From: Deltaproteobacteria bacterium
Lineage (GTDB): Bacteria; Myxococcota; Kuafuiibacteriia; Kuafuiibacteriales; Kuafuiibacteriaceae
Assembly: GCA_040218735.1 (NCBI GenBank)
Contig: JAVJQW010000023.1
Span: 224,001 to 288,000, forward strand
Direction: 5' to 3'
Length of the DNA: 64,000 nt
The stretch's first letter is position 1. Each line of letters begins with the position of its first letter. The position numbers and the translations under genes are program-made. Below the pieces are notes generated by a model. That model was not told the DNA's origin and ran no database searches. It saw only the letters and a list, made by a program, of their open reading frames with translations. Of the stretch, positions 40,565 through 49,800 are shown one piece after another.

Positions 40565-41665
40565 TCAGATGGCGTCCATCATGAACGGGTAGGTCACGAT
40601 CACCACGCCCCCGCCGCGCGGCTTCGGGAACTTCAGCGTCCGCATCACCCGCACCACGCAGCCCTCCACGACCGCGCTGTCCAGCGAGGACTCCTGCACT
40701 CCGGCCGACGCGACCGAGCCGGTGGGGAGGATCTTGAAGCGCAGCGACACCCGCCCGCGGAGGTTCGGGTTCGCGTTGAGCTCGCGCTCGTAGCAGAACC
40801 TGAACCGCGCGAGGTTGCGACGAATGACCCGACCGACCGCCGCCTTGTCGAGCCCGTCGTTCAGGATGATGCGCCCGCCGGGCCGCACCGGCGAGTGCAG
40901 GTGTCGACCGCGCCCGCCGAGGTTGATGTTCGCGCCGCCGGGGCGCCCGCGCCCCGGGCCGATCCCGATGCCGCCGATCCCGATCGAACGACCGCCGCCG
41001 CCCGGGCCGTGACCGCGCGTGCCGAGCCCGCCGGCACCACCCGCGTCGCCCATGGCGGTACCGCGCAGGCCCCCCATGGCTTCGTTGATCCCCGCGCCGA
41101 GCCCGCCGGCGCCGAGGAGCCCTTCGAGGGCGCCGCCGCTCGCGAGCGCGCCGAGGAGACCCGAGCTCATCGCGATGTCGCGATCGCTGCCACCGCCGGC
41201 CTTCTTCGACGGCGCGGCGTCACGCAGCGGTGCCTTCGGACCGAAGCGCCCTTCATCGCCGCGGTGCCGACCGGCCCCGATGCGACCGGCGAGGTCGAGC
41301 GGCTTGTACCTCGGGTCCGGGCTCCGCGTTCGGTAGACCTTGATGTCCGGACGCACGCGAGCGAGCCCGTTGAATTCGAACGGCCGCGTCGGCGGCGTGA
41401 CCCACGCGGCGGCCACGAAGAACACGTGCGCCAACATGGAGATCGCGAAGACCCGCGCGACGCCCCAGTCGAGCGTCGATACCCGCTGCGGTCGTTCCGC
41501 CGCGTCGACCGACTGCGAACGAATCACGAGCCCGTCGCGTTCGATGCGCTCCGCATCGACGTGGACGTCGATGGGCCCACGCGCGAGCGTCTGCCCCGCG
41601 GGGAGGTGCACGGTGTCGAGCACCGTGTCTTGCCAGAGGAAGGTGACCTGTTTGCCCCGCGTCAT
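40565..41665 (-). CDS. AgmX/PglI C-terminal (TonB-C-like) domain protein
   Basis: TM with AH, Gly-rich linker, FRFCYERELNANPNLRGRV..FPKPRGGGVVIVTYPF. Confidence 0.85.
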   Translation of the reverse strand: MTRGKQVTFLWQDTVLDTVHLPAGQTLARGPIDVHVDAERIERDGLVIRSQSVDAAERPQRVSTLDWGVARVFAISMLAHVFFVAAAWVTPPTRPFEFNGLARVRPDIKVYRTRSPDPRYKPLDLAGRIGAGRHRGDEGRFGPKAPLRDAAPSKKAGGGSDRDIAMSSGLLGALASGGALEGLLGAGGLGAGINEAMGGLRGTAMGDAGGAGGLGTRGHGPGGGGRSIGIGGIGIGPGRGRPGGANINLGGRGRHLHSPVRPGGRIILNDGLDKAAVGRVIRRNLARFRFCYERELNANPNLRGRVSLRFKILPTGSVASAGVQESSLDSAVVEGCVVRVMRTLKFPKPRGGGVVIVTYPFMMDAI

Positions 41666-41705
41666 GTTCAACCGACACGACGCGAGGCGCGTTGGTTCCG
41701 GCGTT

Positions 41706-43625
41706 CTACGAAGCCTTCTGCGTCGACGCCGCCGCGTCCTCGGCTTCGAGGCGCGCGAGCAGGCGGCCGCCGGTCGTCGTGATCTGGTCGTGGAGGAAAC
41801 GCGCCCGCGGCTCGGCGCGCTCGAGGTAGCGCTCCAGCACCTCACGCCGCTCCGGGTAAGCGCGCGCCTGCTCGAGCAGGATCTCCACGACCGCTTCGTC
41901 GATCAGCTGCTGCGTCAGCCGCTCGGCGTGCAGCATCGCGTACGAGAAGTCGCGCTTGGGATCCCAGTTCTCGAGGAACCGCTGCGGCCACTCCTGCACC
42001 GGCTGCCCCTTCAGCGTACTGAACTTGGCGGCCGCCGTGCGTGTGAGGAGGTGCTGCTGACTCGACAGCGCGAGCGCCTGCAACCTCGCCACGCGACGCT
42101 CCAGCGGATCCCGCGCCGAGGCCGCGCGCCACTTCGTCTGCGCGACCTTGCGCGCGAACCGCCGCGGGTTCTCGAGGACGCCCATCAGCACATCCTTCAT
42201 CACCATCAGCGATTGGATCTGCGACGTGCCCTCGTAGATCGGCAGCACCATCGCGTCGCGCAGCAGCTTCTCGCCGCCGTACTCCGTCGTGTACCCGACG
42301 CCGCCGTGGATCTGGATGCAGCGTCGCGCCATCTCCACCGCCTTCTCCGACGCGAAGTACTTGAGCAACGGCGTGAGCCGCCGCGACTTACGCGCGAAGC
42401 GTTTCTGCCGCCGCTCGTGTTCCTTCCGATCCGCGTCCGCGACGAACCCGGCGTCGAGGAGCATCTTCGTCTTCTGCGCCATCTCCTCGTTCACCGCACA
42501 CGTCACGCCGAGCGCGCGAATCGCCTGGATGTCGGTCTGCATCTCTTCGAGGTACTCGGCGATCATCTCGTGGCGGTCGATCGTCTTGCCCATCGACACC
42601 CGCTCTTCGGCGTACGCCTTCGCCATCCGGTACGCCGACTCACACAGCCCGAGCGACTCGAACCCCACGCCGACGCGTGCGTTGTTCATCAGGAGCAGCA
42701 TGTACTTGAAACCTTCGCCGCGTTTCCCGATGAGCTGCGCGGGTGAACGATCGAACGTGAGGGAGGTCGTCGCCGAACCGTGGTGGCCGAGCTTCTCCTC
42801 GAGGCGATCGATCTCGACGTAGCGCTTCCGCCCGTCCTCGGTGTCGTCGTACGCCTTGGCCAGGAACATCGACAGCCCCTTCAGGCCGGCCATCGGATCG
42901 TCCGGGTCCTTCGCGTCCTCGGTGCGCGCGATGACGAAGTGATATTTGCCGTGCCCGGAGGTGATGAAGATCTTCGAGCCGGTGAGGAACCACTGGCCGT
43001 CCTCTTCCTTCGCGACGCACGACAGCCGCGCCATGTCGCTGCCGGCGTTCGGCTCGGTGATGTCCATCGCGCCCCACGCCTGGCCGCTGCGGATCTCCTC
43101 GATGGCGTCCGCGAAGCGGGTCTCGGCGATGACGCCGCGCTCGAGGTCGAACTTCGTCGAGCCCTCCTGGAGCGAGTACACGAGCATCGCCATCGCCATC
43201 GCGCCGTGGAAGCTGTTGTGCGTCATGACGGAGATGTCGCCGCGCGCGAGCAGCTCGCTCGCGAGGTAGAACACCGTGAGCGGGCAGTTCTGGCCGCCGA
43301 GCTCGCGCGGGATGGTGAGGCCGTGCAGCTCCAGCGCTTTGAGCTGGTCGAAGATCTCTTGGAGCGGCCCGCAGAAGACGACTTCGCCGTCCTTCATCTC
43401 CATCCCTTCGCGATCGATCTGCGCGGCGCGCGATGCGATCTCCTCCGCGCTGAAGTCCCCCACGAGCGCGAGGATGTCGCGGTACATCTCGACGGCGTCC
43501 TCCGCCTTGTCGAAGCCGTCGGGTGAGCGGTGGAAGAACTCCGTGAGCTCCACGATCGGCGCCCAGTCGATGCCCTTCTCGACGTAGAACTTCAGGTCGT
43601 CGTTGTCGGTGTAGAAGCTGGCCAT
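41706..43625 (-). CDS. Acyl-CoA dehydrogenase
   Basis: MDITEPNAGSD, GSKIFITSG, EEKLG, MNNARV, IQIHGGVGY, PIYEGTSQIQ; ATG 43625. Confidence 0.93.
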   Translation of the reverse strand: MASFYTDNDDLKFYVEKGIDWAPIVELTEFFHRSPDGFDKAEDAVEMYRDILALVGDFSAEEIASRAAQIDREGMEMKDGEVVFCGPLQEIFDQLKALELHGLTIPRELGGQNCPLTVFYLASELLARGDISVMTHNSFHGAMAMAMLVYSLQEGSTKFDLERGVIAETRFADAIEEIRSGQAWGAMDITEPNAGSDMARLSCVAKEEDGQWFLTGSKIFITSGHGKYHFVIARTEDAKDPDDPMAGLKGLSMFLAKAYDDTEDGRKRYVEIDRLEEKLGHHGSATTSLTFDRSPAQLIGKRGEGFKYMLLLMNNARVGVGFESLGLCESAYRMAKAYAEERVSMGKTIDRHEMIAEYLEEMQTDIQAIRALGVTCAVNEEMAQKTKMLLDAGFVADADRKEHERRQKRFARKSRRLTPLLKYFASEKAVEMARRCIQIHGGVGYTTEYGGEKLLRDAMVLPIYEGTSQIQSLMVMKDVLMGVLENPRRFARKVAQTKWRAASARDPLERRVARLQALALSSQQHLLTRTAAAKFSTLKGQPVQEWPQRFLENWDPKRDFSYAMLHAERLTQQLIDEAVVEILLEQARAYPERREVLERYLERAEPRARFLHDQITTTGGRLLARLEAEDAAASTQKAS

Positions 43626-44260
43626 CACTTTTCTCCTGATTTGTTGGACTGGTGGGAGAGGTAGCTCTCCTCGAACAGGCTGGTGCGCGCGATGCGGATC
43701 AGCTCCGCCTGCGCGCGCGGATGAACGCGCCCTCGCGTGCGTTTGCCGAGGGCGGTGTTGAATGCGTCCGACGTCGAGAAACTCGCGAGCGCGAGGCACG
43801 AGATGTGGAGGACGTAGGACGGGGGATCGACGTCGGCTTGGATCTGCCCCGACGCCTGCCCCTTCTCGATGTACGAAGCGACGACGTCGACCCAAGGCCG
43901 AACCTGCTGCTCCATCACGCTCTTGGTGTCGCCGCTGCGATCGAGGAGCTCACGAACGATGAGGCGCGCACGGTCCGTGTCCTTCGCGAAGAAGTCGCAC
44001 AGCTCGTGCATCACGGCGTCGAACTTCGCGAGGCCGGTCAGCGCGGAAGCCATCAACAGCTTGGGGAGGATCTCGTTCCACCGCGAAAGCAGCTCGTCGA
44101 GCACCGCCTGCCCCAACACCTTCTTCGACGGGAAGTGGTAGAGCACCGACGGCTTCTTCACGCCGACCGCGTCGGCGACCGCCTGCAATGACGTGCCTTC
44201 GAAGCCGCGCGCAGCGATCAGCCGCGTGGCCTCCTCCAGGATTTGAGCCCGAACCTCCAT
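43625..44260 (-). CDS. TetR/AcrR family transcriptional regulator
   Basis: ILEEATRLIAARGFEGTSLQAVADAVGVKKPSVLYHFPSK HTH; start moved to ATG 44260. Confidence 0.9.
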   Translation of the reverse strand: MEVRAQILEEATRLIAARGFEGTSLQAVADAVGVKKPSVLYHFPSKKVLGQAVLDELLSRWNEILPKLLMASALTGLAKFDAVMHELCDFFAKDTDRARLIVRELLDRSGDTKSVMEQQVRPWVDVVASYIEKGQASGQIQADVDPPSYVLHISCLALASFSTSDAFNTALGKRTRGRVHPRAQAELIRIARTSLFEESYLSHQSNKSGEK

Positions 44261-44279
44261 CGACCGCTCTGTCGGCCAC

Positions 44280-44299
44280 TGTCTACCGATCGGTAGACA
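44280..44299. promoter_or_regulatory. Perfect 20-bp palindrome, probable TetR operator
   Basis: TGTCTACCGATCGGTAGACA, about 20 bp upstream of the tetR start. Confidence 0.75.
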
Positions 44300-44365
44300 A
44301 ACGACAACCCAGTGGAAGCCCCGATATCTGGCGTCGTCGGACCCGCCTGAGGCACGCTCCGCCGC

Positions 44366-45673
44366 GTGCGTCGCGCGGTGTGGCTCGTGCTCCTGGTGGG
44401 CTGCAACGCCGCGCCGGTCGAGGCGCTGCAGCCGCCGCCCCTGGATATCGCGCTGACCCGGCTGTGGAGCCGCAACGGGGAGGTTACGCTGCAGGGCACG
44501 GCGGTCGGCCCCGACGGGGACGTGCTCTTGGCCGCCCGTCACACCGGGCCGCTGCACTACGAGCGCGAGCAGCTGTCGACGGATCGCGGGACTTCGTTCG
44601 TGCGGATCGACGACACCCCGGCGAGCGCGGGGTTCGTCTTCGACGACGTCGAGGTGGTCCGTACCGCGTGGACCACCGAGCCGGTGGTGTCCGCGGGGTT
44701 CCGCCGCTCGATCACGGTGTTCGGCGAGACGATCACGGCGCCCGGCGGCTTCGACACGGTCGTCGCCCGCCTCGAGTCGCGACGCATCGTGCACATCACG
44801 TCACCCGCCGACACGTTCGTGAACGGGCTCGCGGTCGACGCGCTCGATCAGATCTACGTCGCCGGCCGCTTCGCGCAGTCACTCGAGATCGCGGGCGAGC
44901 GCATCATGGGCGACGGCACCAACGACGCCTTCGTCGCGAAGATCGACGCCGAAGATCGCGTCGCGTGGCTCCTCGGACTCGAGAGTCCGGGGAACGACGC
45001 GGTCAGCGGCGTCGCCGTCACCCCCACGGAAGGGGTCTACGTGACCGGCACCGTGGACGGCGTGCTCGACCTCGGCGCCGTCCGCCTCGAATCGAGCTCA
45101 CCGCGCCCCTACCTCTTGGAGATCGATCCGTTCGGCGTGCCGGTGCGCGGTCGGGTGTTCGACGGCGACGGCTCGGCCGAGCTCGCCGTGCTCGCCGTCG
45201 ACGAGGCCACGCAAGCGCTGTGGATCGCCGGGACGTTCCGCGGCGCGATCGACGTCGGCGAGCGCCTCGTCTCGCGCGGGCAGGCCGACATCCTCGTGCT
45301 GCGTTTCGCGCCCGGCCTCGACGACTTCGAGGTCGCGCGCTACGGGAGCGAGGAGCTCGACGTCGTCGAAGCCGGTGCGGTGGATCGGTATGGGCGCTTC
45401 TGGATCACCGGCACGCTCCGGGGCGCGACGCCGCTCGGCCCCGACTTCCCGCGCGACGACGGGCTCGACGGGTTCGTCGCCGCGCTCCGCGCGCCGGGGG
45501 TCGTCACGTTCCGACGCCGGATCGGTGGCTTCGACGATCAGGTCGGCGCTGGTGTGGGGACGCTGCGCAGCGGGCACGTCCGATTCACCTTCCAGACGGA
45601 GGGCGTCTACGAGCTGTTCGGCGCGCCCGACCTGCGGCTACCGGGCGTCTACCTCGGCCAGTATCCGCGCTGA
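44366..45673 (+). CDS. Lipoprotein with SBBP-like beta-propeller repeats
   Basis: Lipobox LVGC; repeated GLAVD..IYVAG / DAFVAKID units. Confidence 0.7.
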   Translation: MRRAVWLVLLVGCNAAPVEALQPPPLDIALTRLWSRNGEVTLQGTAVGPDGDVLLAARHTGPLHYEREQLSTDRGTSFVRIDDTPASAGFVFDDVEVVRTAWTTEPVVSAGFRRSITVFGETITAPGGFDTVVARLESRRIVHITSPADTFVNGLAVDALDQIYVAGRFAQSLEIAGERIMGDGTNDAFVAKIDAEDRVAWLLGLESPGNDAVSGVAVTPTEGVYVTGTVDGVLDLGAVRLESSSPRPYLLEIDPFGVPVRGRVFDGDGSAELAVLAVDEATQALWIAGTFRGAIDVGERLVSRGQADILVLRFAPGLDDFEVARYGSEELDVVEAGAVDRYGRFWITGTLRGATPLGPDFPRDDGLDGFVAALRAPGVVTFRRRIGGFDDQVGAGVGTLRSGHVRFTFQTEGVYELFGAPDLRLPGVYLGQYPR

Positions 45674-45736
45674 TTCCGACTCGGTCGTCTATTCCACGCA
45701 ACTTCTCTCACACGCCGCCGATGTTCGAAGGGGCGC

Positions 45737-46159
45737 GTGGAACGTCTTCGATTCAACGACCTCAGCTTCGAGGTTCCGTCCGAGTGGCGGAACGAAACCG
45801 TCGTGACCCTCGCGGGCCGCGACTCGAAGCAGTTCGCGCCGAACGTCGTGGTCACCCGCGACTTCGGCGTCGAGGAGCCGCTCGAGGACTACGCGAAGCG
45901 GCAGGTCCCGGACATCAAACGGGCGACGAAGAAACACGAGCTGGTGTCGGAGCGTGAGGAGACGATCGCCGGGCAGAGTGCGTACGTGCTCGAGCATCGT
46001 TTCATGACTCAGGAGCGCGTCAGGGTCAGGCAGCTCCAGTATTTCGTCCGTGGCTCGGACGGCGTCATCGTGATGTCGCTGACCGTCGCCGAACAAGAAG
46101 TGAAGGGGCGCGCCAACCTGCTGCGGCGCATCGCGGCGAGCCTCACCGTCGAACACTGA
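45737..46159 (+). CDS. DcrB/DUF1795 (PsbP-like) protein
   Basis: FEVPSEW, FAPNVVVTRD, LEDYAKRQ, QLQY pattern. Confidence 0.7.
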   Translation: MERLRFNDLSFEVPSEWRNETVVTLAGRDSKQFAPNVVVTRDFGVEEPLEDYAKRQVPDIKRATKKHELVSEREETIAGQSAYVLEHRFMTQERVRVRQLQYFVRGSDGVIVMSLTVAEQEVKGRANLLRRIAASLTVEH

Positions 46160-46252
46160 CCGGCGTTGTCGCGGCACGAGCCACGTCGTCGACGTCTGCA
46201 TTCGGACGAGCCCGCGCGACCACCGAGCTGCGCGACGGGTTAGAGTCGGCGC

Positions 46253-46885
46253 GTGCGTCGGCTCCTCCTCCCGCTGCTCCTCTGCGCCTGCGCGTCCACG
46301 TCGCAGAGCCGCGAACGGTTCACCGACGTCCACCGCGAAAAGCTCGCCGCGTCGATCGCGAAGACATCCAGCGTGGCGTCCGACCACCAGTGGCGCGACG
46401 TCCCGGCCTACGACGGCGAGCTCGTGAACGCGTACATCGAGATCCCCCGTGGGACCTCCGACAAGTACGAGTTCGATCTCGCGAAGAACGAACGCGTCGT
46501 GGACCGGGTCCTCGATCCGTCGCTCGGCGGCTACCCGACGAACTACGGCTTCATCCCGCAGACCATGGCGTTCGACGGCGACCCCTACGACGTCCTCGTC
46601 CTGGGGCCGCCGCTCGAGGGCGGGACGATCGTGAAGACACGGATCGTCGCGCTGATGCACATGGACGACGAGAAGGGCCCCGACCCGAAGCTCGTCCTCG
46701 TGCCCGTCGACACGGAGCTCACGCTCGACGACGCGGAGAAGAAACGCATCGCGACCTGGTTCGACGGCTACAAGAAGTTCGAGCCCGACAAGTGGGCGAA
46801 GGTCACCGGCTGGTCGGACGCCGCCGCCGCGAAGGCCGCGCTCGACTCCGTCGTGGAGTTCTACCGCGTCGAACGTTCGAGGTAG
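46253..46885 (+). CDS. ppa: Family I inorganic pyrophosphatase with lipoprotein signal
   Basis: IEIP..KYE, YPTNYGFIPQT..DGDPYDV, DEKGPDPK; N-terminus MRRLLLPLLLCAC. Confidence 0.85.
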   Translation: MRRLLLPLLLCACASTSQSRERFTDVHREKLAASIAKTSSVASDHQWRDVPAYDGELVNAYIEIPRGTSDKYEFDLAKNERVVDRVLDPSLGGYPTNYGFIPQTMAFDGDPYDVLVLGPPLEGGTIVKTRIVALMHMDDEKGPDPKLVLVPVDTELTLDDAEKKRIATWFDGYKKFEPDKWAKVTGWSDAAAAKAALDSVVEFYRVERSR

Positions 46886-47655
46886 TCGTGCGCGAGCGGC
46901 GTGACGGAGTCACACGGTCGACACAACGCAGTCGCGAGTCCGCTGTTGCGACGCGTGCGTCCCGCGATCGCCTTGAACACCGGACCGCTCAGCTGCTCGT
47001 CGCAACGTAGGCACGGGTTCAGCGCGCCGTCGTCGAGGTGGTACGGGTCGTCGATCGCCGAGAAACATTCGTCGGCGCACTCCGCCTGCGTGTGTTTGGT
47101 GTTGAAGTACCAGATCTGCGCGCACGGTCGCGTGAAGCCGAGGTTCATCAGGCACGCGAGGTGCTCCTCCTGCGTCCCGAAGATGTGGTCGAGGCCGCAC
47201 TGACGCACGGGCTTCGTGAGGTCGCCGACGCCGGCGTAGACGGCGAGGTCGTCGAGCGTCGAGCACACGCCGCACACGCCGCGGTGGGTGATGATCGCGT
47301 CCGCGTCCGCCGCCGCGTCGGGCGTGGCGTAGTCGACGAGGCGGTACGTCGCGCCGTCGACGTGGACGCCGCACACCGCGTCGGCGGGGATCGTCGGCGC
47401 CGCGGCTTCGTACGGATCCTCGGTCACCTCGGCGTAGGGCGTCGCGAGCTCGAGCGCCGCCCACCCGTCGAAGGTCGCGCGCGTGAGCGACGGCGCGGTC
47501 CAGTTACACGACGCGCAGGACGGGGCGCACTGGGCGTCGGTCAGCCCGGTGTCGGCGGTGGGGCGACCGAACAGGCGCTCTTCCTTGTCGCAGGTCTCGA
47601 GCGCCGGGCTCTTGCACGCCGACAACATAACGAGCGTGAGGGCCCACCACCGCAC
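46861..47655 (-). CDS. Cys-rich hypothetical lipoprotein
   Basis: Lipobox LSAC; CGVCS, LNPCLRCDE..SGPVF..AGRTRRNSG. Confidence 0.75.
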   Translation of the reverse strand: MRWWALTLVMLSACKSPALETCDKEERLFGRPTADTGLTDAQCAPSCASCNWTAPSLTRATFDGWAALELATPYAEVTEDPYEAAAPTIPADAVCGVHVDGATYRLVDYATPDAAADADAIITHRGVCGVCSTLDDLAVYAGVGDLTKPVRQCGLDHIFGTQEEHLACLMNLGFTRPCAQIWYFNTKHTQAECADECFSAIDDPYHLDDGALNPCLRCDEQLSGPVFKAIAGRTRRNSGLATALCRPCDSVTPLAHDYLERSTR

Positions 47656-47738
47656 GCGCCGAAGCTACCCCAGATCGGCGTCGCGCCTCTCGCCTCTTTG
47701 ACGTCGCGCGCTCGAACCGCCCAAGATGAAGTCGGCGC

Positions 47739-48452
47739 ATGCAGATCGCCGTGCTCAGCGACCTCCACATCGGCAAGAAGAACCGCCTCGACCGGTTCTG
47801 CCGCGCCGACGAAGCGGAGGACGGACTCATCCGGATGCTCGAGAAGCTCGAGCGCGCGGTGGATCGCGTCGTCCTCCTCGGCGACGTGTTCGAGACGCTG
47901 CGCGGCGGAGCGCCCGGCACCCTCGCCTCCGAGCTACGCGGCGCGATGGAGGCCTACCCGCGCCTCACGAAGCGCATCGTCGAGGACCCGCGCTACCGGT
48001 ACGTCTTCGGCAACCACGACGTCGTGGCGAAGAAGGTGCTCGGCGCCCCGGAGTTTCTCGTCGAGGAGGACCACGGGACCAAGATCGCGTTCTTCCACGG
48101 CCACCAGATGGATCGCCTCGCGCGGGGCCGCGCGCCGTTCTCGCGCCTCGGCGTCTGGATGGGCGGCGTCCTCGAACGCGCCGGACTGCCGGTCACCCAC
48201 CACGTGGACCAGCACAAGGGCGCCCCGACGCCCGACGCCCACAAGAAGGATCTCGCCGTCTACGTGCACGGAGCAACGCAGATTGCAGAGCAGATGGGCG
48301 CCGACGTCGTCGTGAACGGCCACACGCACCGCCCCCGCAAGACCTCGATGGGGGGTCAGCTCTACCTGAACAGCGGTACCTGGTTGGCGGGGCGGCGCGA
48401 GGTCGTCCTCCTCGACACGGGCGCGCAGACCTACGAGCTGCTGAACGAATGA
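47739..48452 (+). CDS. Calcineurin-like metallophosphoesterase (LpxH-like)
   Basis: SDLH, LGD, GNHD, HGH, GHTH, NSGTW. Confidence 0.85.
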   Translation: MQIAVLSDLHIGKKNRLDRFCRADEAEDGLIRMLEKLERAVDRVVLLGDVFETLRGGAPGTLASELRGAMEAYPRLTKRIVEDPRYRYVFGNHDVVAKKVLGAPEFLVEEDHGTKIAFFHGHQMDRLARGRAPFSRLGVWMGGVLERAGLPVTHHVDQHKGAPTPDAHKKDLAVYVHGATQIAEQMGADVVVNGHTHRPRKTSMGGQLYLNSGTWLAGRREVVLLDTGAQTYELLNE

Positions 48453-48548
48453 CGGCTGTGGCGCACCGTTTACGCGGTGCGTCGCACAGATGACGGATCC
48501 CGTGAGGATTGCATGCGCACCGCGAATGCGGTTTGAAGGCGGCGGCTT

Positions 48549-49742
48549 TTGCTCGACGTCGCGCTCAAGACCGTCCTGGTGACGCAAGCGCTCCTGCTCC
48601 CGGGGGGTGCGGATCTGACCCCCGACACAAAATGTGGGATCGAGCGCGCACCGGTAGGCACAGTGCGGAAGGTGGTGGCCTGGGGCGACAGTCTCGGGAA
48701 GATCCTCGTCGACGCCGGCGCCAACCGCGAAGAGGTCGCGAAGCTGCGACGCTCGATGCGCCGCCAACACAACCTCAGCCAGCTCGCCGTCGGTGACCAG
48801 ATGGACATCCACGTCCGAGACGACGGCGCGATCAGCTGGTTCCGCTACCGCCCCCACCTCACGACGGCGATATGCGCGCGGCGCAGCCTCCGAGATCGGC
48901 TCATCGTCCACCGTGAGGAGCTCGCCGCGCGTACCGAGACGGTGCTGGTGCAGACGGCGATCAACGGCAAGCTCCGCGACGCCCTCGAAGCGATCGGCGA
49001 AGACGCTACGCTCGCGCTCCTCGTCGACGACCTGTTCCCCAAGAACGTCGTGCGCAGCAAGGACGACGAGAACCGCTACCTACGCGTCGTCGTCGAGCGC
49101 CGCACCATCGAAGGTCAGCTCCTCGACTACGGACGCATCCTCGCGGCCGAGTACAAGGCGCAGCACAAACGACTGCGCGCCTTCCACTACGAAGGCAAGA
49201 ACGGCAGCGGCTACTACGACCAGGACGGGCACCCGATGCAGAGCACGCGCCTGCGCGCGCCGGTCGCAGGCGCACGCGTCGCGAGCGGCTACGGTTACCG
49301 CGACCACCCGATCCGCGGGCAGCGTCGGATGCACCGGGGCGTCGACTACAGCGCGGCGCGCGGCGCCGCGGTGCGTGCGGCGGCGGACGGCGTCGTGGTG
49401 TCGGCTGGCTGGGAAGGCCACCTCGGAAAGATGGTCGCGCTGCGCCACCGCGACGGCCTCGTCACCCACTACGCCCACCTGTCGGGCTTCGCGAAGCGCG
49501 CGCGACGCGGCAAACGCGTCAAGCAGGGCACGGTGATCGGCTACGTCGGCTCGACCGGCCTGAGCACCGGGGCGCACCTGCACTTCGAGACGCTCATCGA
49601 CAAGAAGTACATCGATCCGATGCGCCTCGCCGCGGCCAAGTCTCCCCGGCTCGCGAAGGACGAGATCGACGCCTTCCACACGGAAGTGCAGCGTTTGCTC
49701 ACCCTCCTGGACCCGTCGGGCCAGGTCGGGCGTGACGCGTAG
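48549..49742 (+). CDS. M23 family peptidoglycan endopeptidase
   Basis: HRGVD, YAHLS, GYVGSTGLSTGAHLHFE. Confidence 0.9.
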   Translation: MLDVALKTVLVTQALLLPGGADLTPDTKCGIERAPVGTVRKVVAWGDSLGKILVDAGANREEVAKLRRSMRRQHNLSQLAVGDQMDIHVRDDGAISWFRYRPHLTTAICARRSLRDRLIVHREELAARTETVLVQTAINGKLRDALEAIGEDATLALLVDDLFPKNVVRSKDDENRYLRVVVERRTIEGQLLDYGRILAAEYKAQHKRLRAFHYEGKNGSGYYDQDGHPMQSTRLRAPVAGARVASGYGYRDHPIRGQRRMHRGVDYSAARGAAVRAAADGVVVSAGWEGHLGKMVALRHRDGLVTHYAHLSGFAKRARRGKRVKQGTVIGYVGSTGLSTGAHLHFETLIDKKYIDPMRLAAAKSPRLAKDEIDAFHTEVQRLLTLLDPSGQVGRDA

Positions 49743-49800
49743 TAGGATCTTTCGTCACACCTAGGTGACGGAAAGTGTCCCCGCCGGGCACTCATATACG

